Shown here: in pieces, positions 38,466 through 51,244 of the stretch
Layout: each line of letters begins with the position of its first letter
How positions within the stretch are numbered: position 1 is the stretch's first letter
Source of the DNA: Eledone cirrhosa
Taxonomy: Eukaryota
Length of the DNA: 64,000 nucleotides
Assembly: GCA_964016885.1 (NCBI GenBank)
Contig: OZ024744.1
Coordinates: 64,666,001-64,730,000 of the forward strand
Direction: 5' to 3'
Position numbers and translations under genes: made by a program
Notes under the pieces: generated by a model
What the model was told of the DNA's origin: nothing
What the model saw: the letters and a program-made list of their open reading frames with translations, nothing else
The model's database searches: none

Positions 38466-39294
38466 AGTACTCTACCATTATACTGTTCAAAATGAAACAT
38501 TTTTTATAAAAATCGACCAGAGTTTAAATCCTGCCAAGGTTAACTTTGCCTTTCATCTTTACAGAGTCGATAAAATCAATCCCAGTAATGCACTGGGATT
38601 GATTTAATCGACATTCCCTTTCCTTTCAAATTGCTGGCTTTGTGCCTAAAGTTGAAATAATTATTAACAATTTTAAATAGGGTATTTCTTTCCATCCACC
38701 CTGTACTTGACCAGACGTGTTTGTCACTACATCTATCACCTAAATGCGTGCACATTAATTCTCTCATTCCTTTATTTCAAAATTAATTTTCTTCTATAGT
38801 TCATATACATTCTTCATTATTTAAGTTCTTCTTCACCCACTTATTCCTGAGCGGGTTGTAGAGGCAGAGTCTTCAAACACTCCTTCCAACGGGTCCTGTC
38901 AGAAGCAACCGTCTCTAACTGATCCGGCTGGATCCCCAAGCGAGACCAGCCAATCTCATAGATGCTATCCAACCATCTTGCTCGGGGTCTACCCCTGGGT
39001 CTCGCCTGTAAAATCTGTCCAGTGATTCTTTCCTGAGACATTCTAACCACAATCTCATAGTATCGGAGCTGTGATCTCTCAATTCGGAGAAGTAGTGGCT
39101 CTACCTGGAGTGACTTTCTGATCTCAGCTATTTATTATTTAAGTTCATTTTTTATTTTTATTTTTTAGCTTATTAAAAAATGTCATATAGTCTATGATAT
39201 TCCATCCAGTACTTTTATATTTCAATTTACAAAAAAATGTTCATTTGTATGTTGGGTTGCTATCTGTAAAATTGTAATTTTTTTTCTTCTATAG

Positions 39295-39335
39295 ATGATG
39301 AATTTGATGATGAAATGTTGACACAAAAATACTAA
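39295..39335 (+). CDS. Candidate terminal exon (..DEFDDEMLTQKY*)
   Basis: Strong polypyrimidine acceptor ttttttttcttctatag; AATAAA at 39411. Confidence 0.3.
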
Positions 39336-40631
39336 TTATATCTTGTGCAAGATTGAAGTGATCAAAGCACACTAGATGATATTGGCCAAAACTGCTGAGT
39401 AGTGAGATCAAATAAAGAACAATACAGTTTCAAAGGGAACTTCTTAACCATACAGCCATACCTTTAAATGACTTAGTCCGATAATGAAGGTCTGCATTCG
39501 TAACATTTATAGAGCAATTGACTCTGATGGGAAGAAACCATGACTTATCAAATTATGTTACACTCAGGGTCGAGAGCTGCCTGGAATACTTACAACAGAG
39601 AAAACTCTGATATAAAGGTACCCAAGAATCTAGTGTGGTTATTAACCCTTTAGCATTTAAACTAGCCATACCTGGCCAGAACGCTCTTACTCCTTTCTGT
39701 TCAAACCAGTTGTAACTGGGCACCCATGCTAATGTCAAGGTTTTATTCTCAAAATAAATAATATTAAAATCTCATAGATTCAATATTATGTGGAATATTT
39801 ATGTGAAAATATAATAGTAAATATGAAGTAATGTGAATACTAAAGGGTTTAACTGAGTGAAGGTGGTTGGCACTAGGAAGGGCATCCATCTGTAGAAACA
39901 CTGCCAAAATATGAAACCTAAGAAGCAAGATTGGTTTTTCTGATCTGCCTGGTCACAAACTGTTATGACCTATCCAATCCATGATAGCATGGAAAGGGGA
40001 TGTAAAAATGATGACAAAATATTGATAATGAAGTATAAAGCTAAAAGAATGCTTCTCACTTGAGTGAGATTTGTTTATTTAATATCAATAGTAGTAACAA
40101 CCATAGCAGCAATAACAACAGCAATGACAACATCAATAACAATAACTTAGACTGTAAACCCCTATAAAGTAGAATATAGCAAGAGTGTAAACACCTCATA
40201 AACAACAGGAAACTGTTTCATAATTAAATTAAAAACGAAATGTTGTTCACATGCAAGACATAATATATGTTGTTGTTGTTGTTGTTGTTTAACCCCCTCC
40301 TGTGACAAACCAAAAGCATGTGGCCTAGTGATTAGGACCCCCCACCACCACACAGCCACATAATATCCCCAGTACCCACCACCCAGAGAGACCTGTCTAC
40401 ATGTAAATAGTAAATAATATATAATAAATAAAATCGTAAATTTATATATAATAAATAATTGTTTCTACTTTTGGCACAAGGCCAGCAATTACCCAGTGCA
40501 TTACTGGTACTTTATTTTATCAACCCCGTAACGATGAAAGGCAAAGTTAACCTTGGTGGGATTTGAACTCAGATCGTAGAGGGACGTAACTATGCTGGAA
40601 AGCATGTCCAACCCTCTCCCGATACTGCCAA

Positions 40632-40910
40632 TACTTTGGGAGGGTCATGTTCCCAATAAAAACACACACACCTGTTGGTTTTCACTTCAATTTATTATAA
40701 ATTTCTGGTTGGCTGGTTGGTCGGTTCGATAACTGGAAGGTTGTTTATATATTGTCAAAACTCTTTCGTCACACATTCTGTGACCTCCTCAATGACTAGG
40801 TTTTTATTTTGTGTGTCTCTCTTTTCTTCTGTCCTACACCATTTTTTTTTTGTGTTGTGTGTTGACAGTATAACAATATCTGTTTCAACACACGTTTTCA
40901 GATACAAATA
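40632..40910 (-). mobile_element. PLE pLTR copy with a degenerate HHR (40754-40796, core TTGAGGA)
   Basis: Homologous to 25938-26200. Confidence 0.75.
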
Positions 40911-42416
40911 ATATAATATATACTATGTATAAATATATATTATATATTATTTATTTTTACTATATTCATATATAATATGTACCATATTTACTATATTTAC
41001 ATAAAATATTTATATTTGATATTTAATATACTATTATATCATCTCTATTGCACTGCTCTACCGACCCTTTAGCCCCAGGGAACCCCTGTACATTCTCAGC
41101 CACCCTCACCCCCCGGTAGCGCCCACTTTGAGAACCTCTGGGTTAGAATGTACTCCCAGTCACTTAAAATGCTAATGAAACTAGGTTAAGCTTTGGCCTG
41201 ATAAGCCCCTGGGCTTAGAACAGACTTTAACTAACATATCAAACCTTTCCAAGCCAGATCTATGATGAAAAGCCTTCCAGACATGGCCATCCTGTAATTT
41301 TCATATGTAATATAAGTCTACACTATCTAATATGTCATCACTATATCTTTAAAAACACTGTGTGATATTTGCTTGATTTTGAGAAAAAATTGTCTGCAAG
41401 AGAGCATGCATAGTATGTGTAAGCAGCTTCGTTAGCTTCATTAGCTTCATTAGGTTCAGTTATAAATAAGCTTTATAATTACCTGTTAAGAACCAATGAA
41501 TAAAATCAGTAAGTGTTAATAATATTAAATAAATAAAATTGATGGTAATAGTGTTGATGATGATCATTATTAGCAACCGGTGGATTGGCAGTATCGGTAG
41601 AGGGTCGGACGCCATGCTTTGACGCATAGAGTTACGGCCCTTGCCATTCTGAGTTCAAATCCCGCCGAAGTTAACTTTGCTTTTCATCCTTTCTTGGGGT
41701 CGATAAAATAAAGCACCAGTAATGCACTGGGGTAATTGCTGGCCTTGTGCCAAATATGCAGTGTCGGTAGAGCGTTGGACACCAGGGTTTGCAGCATAGA
41801 GTGGTGGCCCTTTACGTGTTGAGTTAAAATCCCGCCAAAGTTAACTATACCTTTCATCCTTACGGGGGGTCGATAAAATAAAGTACCAGTAATGCACTGG
41901 GATAATTGCTGGCCTTGTGCCAAAAGTAGAAACAATTATTAGCAACAGTAGTGTGAACTTCAAGTTATGGTTTTAAAAAAAAAATTTACAAAACATTTTA
42001 TTTAGTTTGGAATGTATTCGACAGAGCAGTTAATTTCAAATTGATTAGTCCTGTTACGTTGATTAAGACCAGAAGCCAGACTAGCTTGCTGCCATTCTCT
42101 CTATATCAGCCATATCAGCCAATATTATTTCCTACAAGGGCGGTGGATTGGCAGTATCGGTAGAGGGTCGAACTCCATGCTTTGAAGTATAGAGTTACCT
42201 CCCTCTATGATCTGAGTTCAAATCCCGCCGAGGTTAACTTTGCTTTTCATCCTTTCGGGGTCGATAAAATAAAGTACCAGTAATGCACTGGAATAATTGC
42301 TGGCCTTGTGCCAAAAGTAGAAACAATTATTTCCTACATTATTGCCACTATTACATATTTCTTGGAACAGTACACTGTGTCAAATATATATATATACACA
42401 CACACACACACACTTA

Positions 42417-42453
<37 letters not shown>

Positions 42454-42479
42454 ATTATTATTATTATTATTGTTATTAT

Positions 42480-42514
<35 letters not shown>

Positions 42515-42623
42515 TATATACATATATATATACTTTATATATGTATAAATAAAAATATATATACCAGAAATAAACACATACAAAAAATAACAGCATAATA
42601 AACAAAAAAAAAATGCATACACA

Positions 42624-42678
<55 letters not shown>

Positions 42679-43029
42679 CTCTCTATCTTTCTTTCTCTCA
42701 CACACAAAAACATTTGTAAAAAAAAAAAAAAAAATCCCTTTCTAAATTCTTGCCAAAAAAAGAAACCCATTAAAATCGCAAACTAATTCCCATTATTACT
42801 CTCACCCACACATCCCCATCCAACCATTTCATTTAAAGGACAAATTATTCCCAGTTTTCTTTCTAATGATTTTCATTAGGCAAAGTTTTTTTTAAAGAAA
42901 TAAAAAAAAATATATATAATTTGTTTTTAAGTGGTGAAATTTTATTTTACAAACTATTGAAACTTTGAAATTCTCTTTCTTTTTCATTAAAATATCGTAG
43001 TCAACATTAACCCTTTAGCATTTACATTA

Positions 43030-44247
43030 TCTATATATCTAAAACAGAGAATTTATAGGGCGGTGACTTGGCAGAATCGTTAGAGGGTCTGACGCCATGC
43101 TTTGCAGCATAGAGTTACGACCCTTTCCATTCTGAGTTCAAATCCAGCCGAGGTTAACTTTGCCTTTCATCCTTACGGGGTCGATAAAATAAAGTACCAG
43201 TAATGCACTGGGTAATTGCTGGCCTTGTGCCTAAAGTAGAAACAATTATCTATATATCTAAAACAGAGAATGTCTGTCTGTCTGTCAGTTCACTAAAACT
43301 CGAGAACCACCCAACTGATTGTTTTCAATCTTTACACATGTAAGTGTTTTGAGAAAATAAAATTTTAAAAGCCCTAGGGACCGCATTATGTGATTTAGCG
43401 ATCTCTCTCAATAATTCTTAGTCTTTCTTTTTAGATAGATACATAGATATAACGTCGCGCCCTTATAATATCTGTTTGTATGTCTGACTGTCTGCATCAC
43501 GTCATTATGACGCGATCGGTGTGTGTGTATATGTATATATAGTGAGATATATTCTTATACCGGAGAATGTCTTCACAAACCAAAGTTTTCCTTCGGTTGC
43601 AAGGTTTTTCGAAATATTTACTTCTGCGTTCACAGATTGATTTTTTTTTACTTTCAGAAGATCCCGTTAAGGGTGAAAGCAGCGATTCTTAACTTTGCTT
43701 AAACTTTAAGATGTTATTTTAATATAGATATTCGTGTACAGATATTTTTGCATACACAAAAACAAAATATAAACAAACAAGGCTGGCGATTACATAATCA
43801 CATGCATCACTGGCAGATATTTTTGCATACACAAAAACAAAATATAAATAAACAAGGCAGGCGATTACATAATCACATGCATCACTGACAGATATTTTTG
43901 CATACACAAAAACAAAATATAAACAAACAAGGCCAACAATTACTGTGTGTATATATATATAGTGTGTAACGTTTTTCGAAATATTTATTTCTGCGTTCAC
44001 CGATTGATTTTTTTTAGTTTCCGAAGATCCGTTAAGGGTGAAAGCAGCGATTCTTTGCTTAAACTTTAATCTGTTATTTTAATATATACATATATATAAT
44101 TATATATTCGTGTACAGATATTATTGCATACACAATAACAAAATATAAACAAACGTATTTAATTCATGAGGCTCGATAAGGATAAATATATACCAAATAT
44201 ATAAGAACCCTGAGCAAATCCCGAGCAACGCCGGGACATTCTGCTAG
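43030..44247 (+). mobile_element. Non-autonomous Helitron with a SINE A at its 5' end (43058-43248) and internal ~76-bp tandem repeats (43740-43935)
   Basis: 5' A|TC, 3' hairpin cccgagcaacgccggg followed by CTAG|T. Inserted in a piggyBac-type MITE. Confidence 0.85.
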
Positions 44248-44772
44248 TATATATTATATATAAGGCTTTACCTCACATATCTCACATAATAGCGAATATA
44301 GAGATTTTGATATTATTTATTTTGAGAACAATACCTTAACATCGGTATTAGTGGTCAGTTATGGCCTTTTTAAACAGAAAGAGGTGAGAGAATTCTGGCT
44401 GAATATGACCGGTTTAAATGCTAAAGGGTTACATGCTGAAGGTTAAGGCAAATCCTGTTCTTATAGTTTTGCACATATCATGTATGTGTTTCTGTTCCAG
44501 CTTCTTGCTTTCTTGATCTCCTATAATTTGAAAAAAACTCAAAGGCAATATCTTTCTTCTTGAATTAAAAAACGAATTTATATATATATATATAGTTGTT
44601 ATATAGTAAGGTGCATTATTGGTTGTGTAAAACGGTCCAACAACTTTATGTAAGCAATATTAAGTTCTCTACGCTTTTGTATATCTCCAATTCCATTCAA
44701 GGGAACAGCTAGATGATGTAAAACGGAGTATAAGTATCAAAATGAAAATCCGAAGGCAAGGTAAAATTCCAA

Positions 44773-44860
44773 TCATTTAATCACGACACATGTTTCAATA
44801 AGAGATAGATCGATTGTGAAGCCATGATCGATTATCACTGATCTCATCAGGTGAAAATGA
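44773..44860 (-). ncRNA. Hammerhead ribozyme with extended stem II
   Basis: Mirror of 44950. Confidence 0.7.
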
Positions 44861-44949
44861 ATTGTCTTCAAATTCTTGATATGAGGGAGAAAAAATAACG
44901 ATATTCTCTCACAGAATTCATTCCCTCATATCAAGAATTTGAAGACAAT

Positions 44950-45037
44950 TCATTTTCACCTGATGAGATCAGTGATAATAGATCATGGCTTCACAATCGA
45001 TCTATCTCTTATTGAAACATGTGTCGTGATTAAATGA
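44950..45037 (+). ncRNA. Hammerhead ribozyme with extended stem II
   Basis: tcattttcac-CTGATGA-(~47 nt, atagatc/gatctat stem)-GAAAC-ATGT-GTC-gtgattaaatga. Confidence 0.7.
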
Positions 45038-45066
45038 TTGGAATTTTACCTTGCCTTCGGATTTTC

Positions 45067-45148
<82 letters not shown>

Positions 45149-45205
45149 GACGTAAAATAAGAAAATTTTAAAAATTAAAAATTAACTTACTTACTAAAAT
45201 TTTCT

Positions 45206-45285
45206 CTCCAACTAATTAGTTTCTGTAATGGGATAAATATGGTTACACAATATAACTATCGAGAATTCATTACGTCATCAGGGAG
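45206..45285 (-). ncRNA. Hammerhead ribozyme in a ~330-bp unit (45145-45475) between (TA)n tracts
   Basis: ctcc-CTGATGA-c-gtaatg...cattac-a-GAAAC-TAATTA-GTT-ggag. Confidence 0.72.
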
Positions 45286-45708
45286 TTTATTCTCAGCTAA
45301 GTTCCCAGGCAATGCGCGGACACTAGGAACCCATATAAAAATAATAATTCAGTGGATGTAATAAGCTAGCGAGGACTAAATTCCATAGCACTGAAAAAGT
45401 TCACTGCCTCTGGTCAGTGGTAGATTCTAAAGAATCAATCACGTGACACTGAGGTTAGTCAGTTAGGAGTGGTGTATATATATATAAGGGATAACAAAAT
45501 ATCGTTATAGGTAATCCAGTTAGAGGTTGTGAATACTTCTTATTATGGATAATTTTAGCGTACAGCGTTGTTTGACTCAACATGAGGTTTACGTAGATGG
45601 TGAGTTTATGATTTAACTTGTATTCCTATGTAAGTTTAGCTTGGAGTAATAAAATTGAAAATGTGAAGAATAACATGGTCAACAGTACAAAAAAGGGGAA
45701 TTTATTTA

Positions 45709-45818
45709 CAGTCTAACAATTGTTTCTCTGATTGAGTTGTCTAAAAATTGCTGAACACCAGAAGCAGTGCCACTCAATTTTAAATACGATGCTAGCTCAA
45801 TCATGTCATCAGAAACTG
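45709..45818 (-). ncRNA. Hammerhead ribozyme with long stem II
   Basis: acagttt-CTGATGA-ca-tgattgag...ctcaatca-ga-GAAAC-AATT-GTT-agactgt. Confidence 0.78.
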
Positions 45819-46605
45819 TTATAAAAATATATATAACCGGCAAATCTACAAATTCAAATTACAGCATCAATAATAATATTAGTAATAGAGATGGAGAGAG
45901 AACAAAAGAAAGAAAGAGAGATAGATAAAGGAAAGAAAGAAAGAAAAAGAAAAAAGAAAAAGAAGAAGAAAAAGGAAAAAGAAAAAGGAGAAATGAAAAC
46001 AGAAAGATATGTAGAGAAATGAGGATAGAAAGAGAATAGAAAAGGATAGAGGATAAATGACGTAAGAGAAAAAATGATATCAACAATAAATGAATAAATG
46101 TTAATACATGAATAAATGTAAATAAATAAATGAATAACTAATCAAATTATATCGAGTATGATACGAAATGATACAAAATATGAAATATAAAAAAATTTGA
46201 AAATATGAAAGTAAATAAGTAAAGTGTGCGAAGAAATTTAAACATAAAGATTATTGAAAGTGGTTAAAATATAGAGATGCAAAGGTATAAATATGATAAT
46301 GTTAAATATATTTATGTGTGTATTGGTTATTTTAATAAATTAATTATATAATTAATTATTTATTTGATTAATTAATTGTATGTTTTATTAGAAGTGAAAA
46401 TGATATAAGATAAAATACTAGGGATGAAATACATTTAGGGAGAGAAATAGAGATAGAAAGATAGAGATACATAAAATATGAATGTAAATATAAGAGGTTT
46501 TGATGTTGGTTCATTGATGGTGACAATTATAACAATAATGATGATGATGTGATATTATAATAGATCTAAGTGGTACAATTTGGGTTATGGAATAGATAAG
46601 ATGGA

Positions 46606-47395
46606 TTAAGCTGGTCTAAAGTTCTCAAATTTTGTCGCCGTTTTATGCCTACAGTAAATAGTTCTTTCAATTTTACTGTTAAGTAGCATTTTGTTGTACT
46701 TTAAAATTTGGAAAAGTTCCATATTACAAAGACCACAGTAGGTCATGCCAATTCGATAGGTTGTTACTGTTGATAGCTTCGTCCAGCTGATTTTATATTC
46801 CATGTTTGCATCTCTGAGTTGCCAGATTTTATTGGCGAGGGTTGTTGTATTTATGATTTTCCTGTTAATCATAGAGTGTCTGTGGACATACCACCTTTTC
46901 TTAAATTCTCCAGCTGTAGATCCTATGTAGTGCCATGCTAAGCTGCCCGAATTTATAGTACATAGGTATACTATATTAGACTCCAGGCATCTATTTTGTA
47001 ATGGGCATTTGTCAGGTAGATGACAATTACATTTAGATGCTTTCCTATGTGCTGGTTCTTCAATATGGTTTTGTAAATTGTTATGTATGGGCTGAGAATT
47101 GGGTTTGTTGATATATTGTAGTGATGTGTTCTGACGTGTGTTTGGTTGTGATGATGTTATATGCTTATGTTTTGTATTTGGTGTTATGGTACTTATTTGT
47201 GGGCTACTTGCATTATAAATTCTTTTATAGTTAATTTTATGTATGTGCGATTCTATGTTGTTGGCAGTGGAGTATAATAGTTTGATAGTTTTTCTATTAA
47301 AGATTTTATGATATTTATGAATTTTAGCGAAGTGTTTGTCAACTAATTTGAAGAAAGTATAAGGTAGTTTTGTTTTTATAGAGGAGTTAAATACT
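46606..47395 (-). CDS. PLE ORF C-terminus: Cys-rich linker and GIY-YIG endonuclease; uninterrupted but 5' truncated
   Basis: KCNC...KCPL...CLESNIVYLC...YIGSTAGEFKKRW..H, TTLANKIW and CGLCNME...NSKIE...CRH. Confidence 0.88.
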
Positions 47396-48731
47396 GTACT
47401 TTCCATCTCTACATCTTCTATATTTACATTCATATTTTATGTATCTCTATCTTTCTATCTCTATTTCTCTCCCTAAATTTATTTCATCCCTAGTATTTTA
47501 TCTTAGCATATCATTTTCACTTCTAATATAACATACAACTAATTAATCAAATAATTAATTAATTATATAATTAATTTATTAAAATAACTAATACACACAT
47601 AAATATATTTACAATTTTAATATTTATACCTTCGCATATCTCTATATTTTAACCACTTTCAATAATCTTTATATGTTTAAATTTCTTCGCACATTTTATT
47701 TATTACTTTCATATTTTCATATTTTATTTACTTTCATATTTTCAGGTCAAGTGTGACCATGTCTTGCTCATACAGAACTGTTTCTGGCTTGGTTTCTACA
47801 GCTGGATGCCCTTCCTAATGCTAACCACATTTACAGTGTGTGCTGGGTGCTTTTTACCTTGACACCTACATAACCACTTTACAGTGTGGACTGGGTGCTT
47901 TTTGTTTTGTCACCTACACAACCACTTTACAGTGTGGGCTGAGTTCTTTTTGTCATGACACCTACATGACCACGTATGGCAAAGTTGTTCTCTCTGTCTT
48001 GTCCTTTTCCATTCTCAGCAACTCCTTGCACTTTAGTGGCTTTATTGTCTTGCTTGGGATGAGTAAAAAAAAAAAGAAAAGAATGGCATATTCATTAGAA
48101 CATTGAACAAATTGTATTGAAGTATTTAGTTGTGTATCTTTGCATTCTGATTTCATATTCCACCTGAGTTGAATTCACCTTTCATTCTTCTGGGGAGAGG
48201 TGGAGCTGGCTGATAAAATGAAGTTCCCGTGAAGTACTAAGGTTGATATAACCAATTGAATGTTTCCCACAATATGAGGCATTTTTTGTACCTTGGTTAA
48301 AGACCAATCTTATTATAGGGAGAGATTTGTGGAATGTTAGAATTATTAGTGACTGACAAAATATGCCTTGTGGCATTTAGTTACGACCCTTTTTCCATCC
48401 TGAGTTCAGTTCTGCTTTCAATTGTTACAGAAAGCAATAAAATAAAATATCAGCCAAATTTAATCAACTCTCCCTCCAATAAAATGTTTAGCCTTGTGCC
48501 TATGTAGGAACTTGTGGATTGGCAGCATCGGTAGAGTGTTGGACACCATGCTCTGTGGCATAGAGTTATGGCTCTTTACGTTCTGAGTTAAAATCAGGCC
48601 GAGGTCAGCTTTGCCTTTCATCTGTATGGGGTCGATAAAATAAAGTACCAGTCATGCACTGGGGTCAATTTAATCGACTTTCCCGTCCCCCCAAAATTGC
48701 TGGCCTTGTGCCTATATAAGAAACCATTATT

Positions 48732-50871
48732 AATATTTTCTACAAAGCCTACAATGAACTACAACTACTTCAACAAACATTCACTTTATGGTTAACTTTG
48801 CCTCTCTCTCACTTAACAGACATTACATTTCTCACTATAACAAATAACAACAATAACATATATTCTTTCTTATTAATATTATGCCATGTAGGCATAATAT
48901 TATTTTTCTGCTAAAATGGTGACCCCCGACGGAGGAATATTTAAATACGAAATATTCCTTTAAAATAAAAAAAATTAGCAGTATTTCAAAAAATTTCAAC
49001 ACGAGAAAAATATTTTCAAAATGGCTATCACCAAGTACTCCTCTACTCACAGCCTTTCTCACCACACTATGGCATCAGACATGACTTGTATATTGGTGAC
49101 TCTAAGCTCTTCAACGCTCGACTTCGATTCTACTGTGACTTCGCTTTGATAGCAACAACAACAACAATTCTACTAGCCTCCTAGTAAGAGCGATGACATT
49201 CTTATCCCAAAGAAATTTCAAGGAAAAGAAAAAGTGAACTTTTTGTTAAAAAACAATTATTTCATTTTTTACAAGCAATGTTTGGACATTTATTTCTTTT
49301 AAACTGTATAATATGAACATTCATTTTTTTCTCTATCATTGTATATATGACTGCACGCACACATTTTCTTTGCTGTATTACATGCCTGCATATGCACACG
49401 CATATCTATGTCACACACCAACATGTTGTTGCCTTAGTATATGATCTTCAAGCGTCGTAATATTCTGCGAGATCCCTTTTCACTTGGTGGAGGTACCAAA
49501 ACATGCCGTCGACACTTGCAGCTTAATTCCCCTGGACTCAAACAGGCACCACAACATGAGAACTGCTAATTGCAGCTGGATTCAAACAGTTTCGCATCTC
49601 GTTGCAGACTCATCGTCCTATAGCATAACAACCTCCATCTTGTTACTTTACCTGACTCACTGGGAAAACAACAAATGGAACTGGACCTGTCAGCATTTCC
49701 ACCATTTATCCTAGGGATTCGCCAGAATTATGGAATTACCGCTTGAACTACTCCCCACCTACAGATTCAACTTTCTTTTTTTTCTTTTTTCAAGGCAACT
49801 AGCCATTTTTTTCATGGATGCCTAGCACTTCCGGCAATTCATCTGGGAGGCCGACAATTTCTTGCCTACCCATCATCTTCTTGCCATCTCTGCTACAACA
49901 TTTACCATAACAGCTCCAGCTATACAGCTCTGGTATAACATTTACCATAAAAGCTCTGGTATAACACTTACCATAACAGCTATACAGCTCTGGTAAAGCA
50001 TGAACAGCACCATCATTGACAACAACTACTGGTAAACTACCATAACATCTTCATCCACAGCTCTGGTACAACACTTACCATAACAGTTAACATTTAATGC
50101 AAGAACAACAACTTTGCCTATGTCAGACTTTATCCGTTTTCTGTTAGACCCCGAGTGGTCACGCATAAATAACAAAACAGCTAGTCATTTGATACACGGC
50201 CCTTAGCACCTCATTTTTCTTTTTGCATTTTTCTTCTTTTCAATTTTTTTCATTGATGTGCTCTCTTTCAGCATTTTTCCTGCTGTTCAATCTTATATAT
50301 CGTCTTGCAGACTAGATAGGGGGTATTGTAGTGACCTACATTCCGAGGGCTCATGGATACATTCTCCGTGCGTTGTTTGGCTTAGTTCAGCCAATCGCCG
50401 CCAGCGTAGGAGAATGTATCTCGCCTTCCGCCCAGAGGGAAAAATTTCCGCAGCGATTCGAAACTCTCTCTTGCTCCTTGCTCCTTTGGACTCTGAAAGG
50501 TCAACACGCAATTATGTAACGATGAGATTTTCACTTTGGCCTGTCGGCCTCTTTTGGTCCGGCACAGCGCCTTTTCTTTACTCCTTAAAACTCTTAATTT
50601 TGTTTGTTCCTTTCCTTGACTTGTCAACCCAGCTTAACTTTCGTGATCGGTTGTAAATAAAACTTGTAAAATATTATAAAGTCTCGCAATATTTTCTACA
50701 AAGCCTACAATGAACTACAACTACTTCAACAAACATTCACTTTATGGTTAACTTTGCCTCTCTCTCACTTAACAGACATTACATTTCTCACTATAACAAA
50801 TAACAACAATAACATATATTCTTTCTTATTAATATTATGCCATGTAGGCATAATATTATTTTTCTGCTAAA
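48732..50871 (+). mobile_element. Non-autonomous LTR retroelement: truncated 5' LTR (48732-48915), PBS, 1.4-kb non-coding interior, PPT and 3' LTR (50327-50871)
   Basis: Identical 184-bp direct repeat (48732-48915 = 50688-50871). PBS tggtgaccc(c)cgacg; PPT agataggggg before tgtagtg. Confidence 0.78.
48917..48931 (+). promoter_or_regulatory. Primer binding site (tRNA-Trp)
   Basis: TGGTGACCCCCGACG vs the canonical TGGTGACCCCGACG, with one extra C. Confidence 0.7.
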
Positions 50872-51244
50872 GTGATCTCCTCTGGAGCTATGACAAAAGA
50901 GCCCAGCCCACACTATAATAGTCATGTAGGTGTCGTGACAAAAAGCATCTAGTCTACACTGTAAATGTGGTTGGCATTAGGAAGGGCATCCAACCATAGA
51001 AACCAAGCCAAAATCAGCTCTGTATGAGCGAATCACGGTCCCCTGACCTGATCCCTCACAAAGCTACAGCCCGTCCTACCCATGCTAGAGTGGAAGATGG
51101 ATGTTAAACAATAATGATGATGATGATTGTCATCTGTAACAGCAAATTTGCCAGGAATAGAAATCAAGTACCAGCTGTCCACAATCAGTTGATGGAGGTG
51201 GTTCATTTCATTCATGATTTGAGGACTCAGTTGAGTGTCTGAAC

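Larger units (their letters stand above)
44739..45070. mobile_element. Fold-back HHR unit (arms 44739-44888 and 44922-45070)
   Basis: ~150-bp inverted arms with one mismatch seen; ends in (TA)n. Confidence 0.88.
45487..47743 (-). mobile_element. 5'-truncated PLE with an inverted 3' UTR copy at its 5' end (47415-47743 vs ~46160-46492)
   Basis: GIY-YIG ORF, 3' UTR and HHR pLTR homologous to 22530-22935. Confidence 0.88.
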
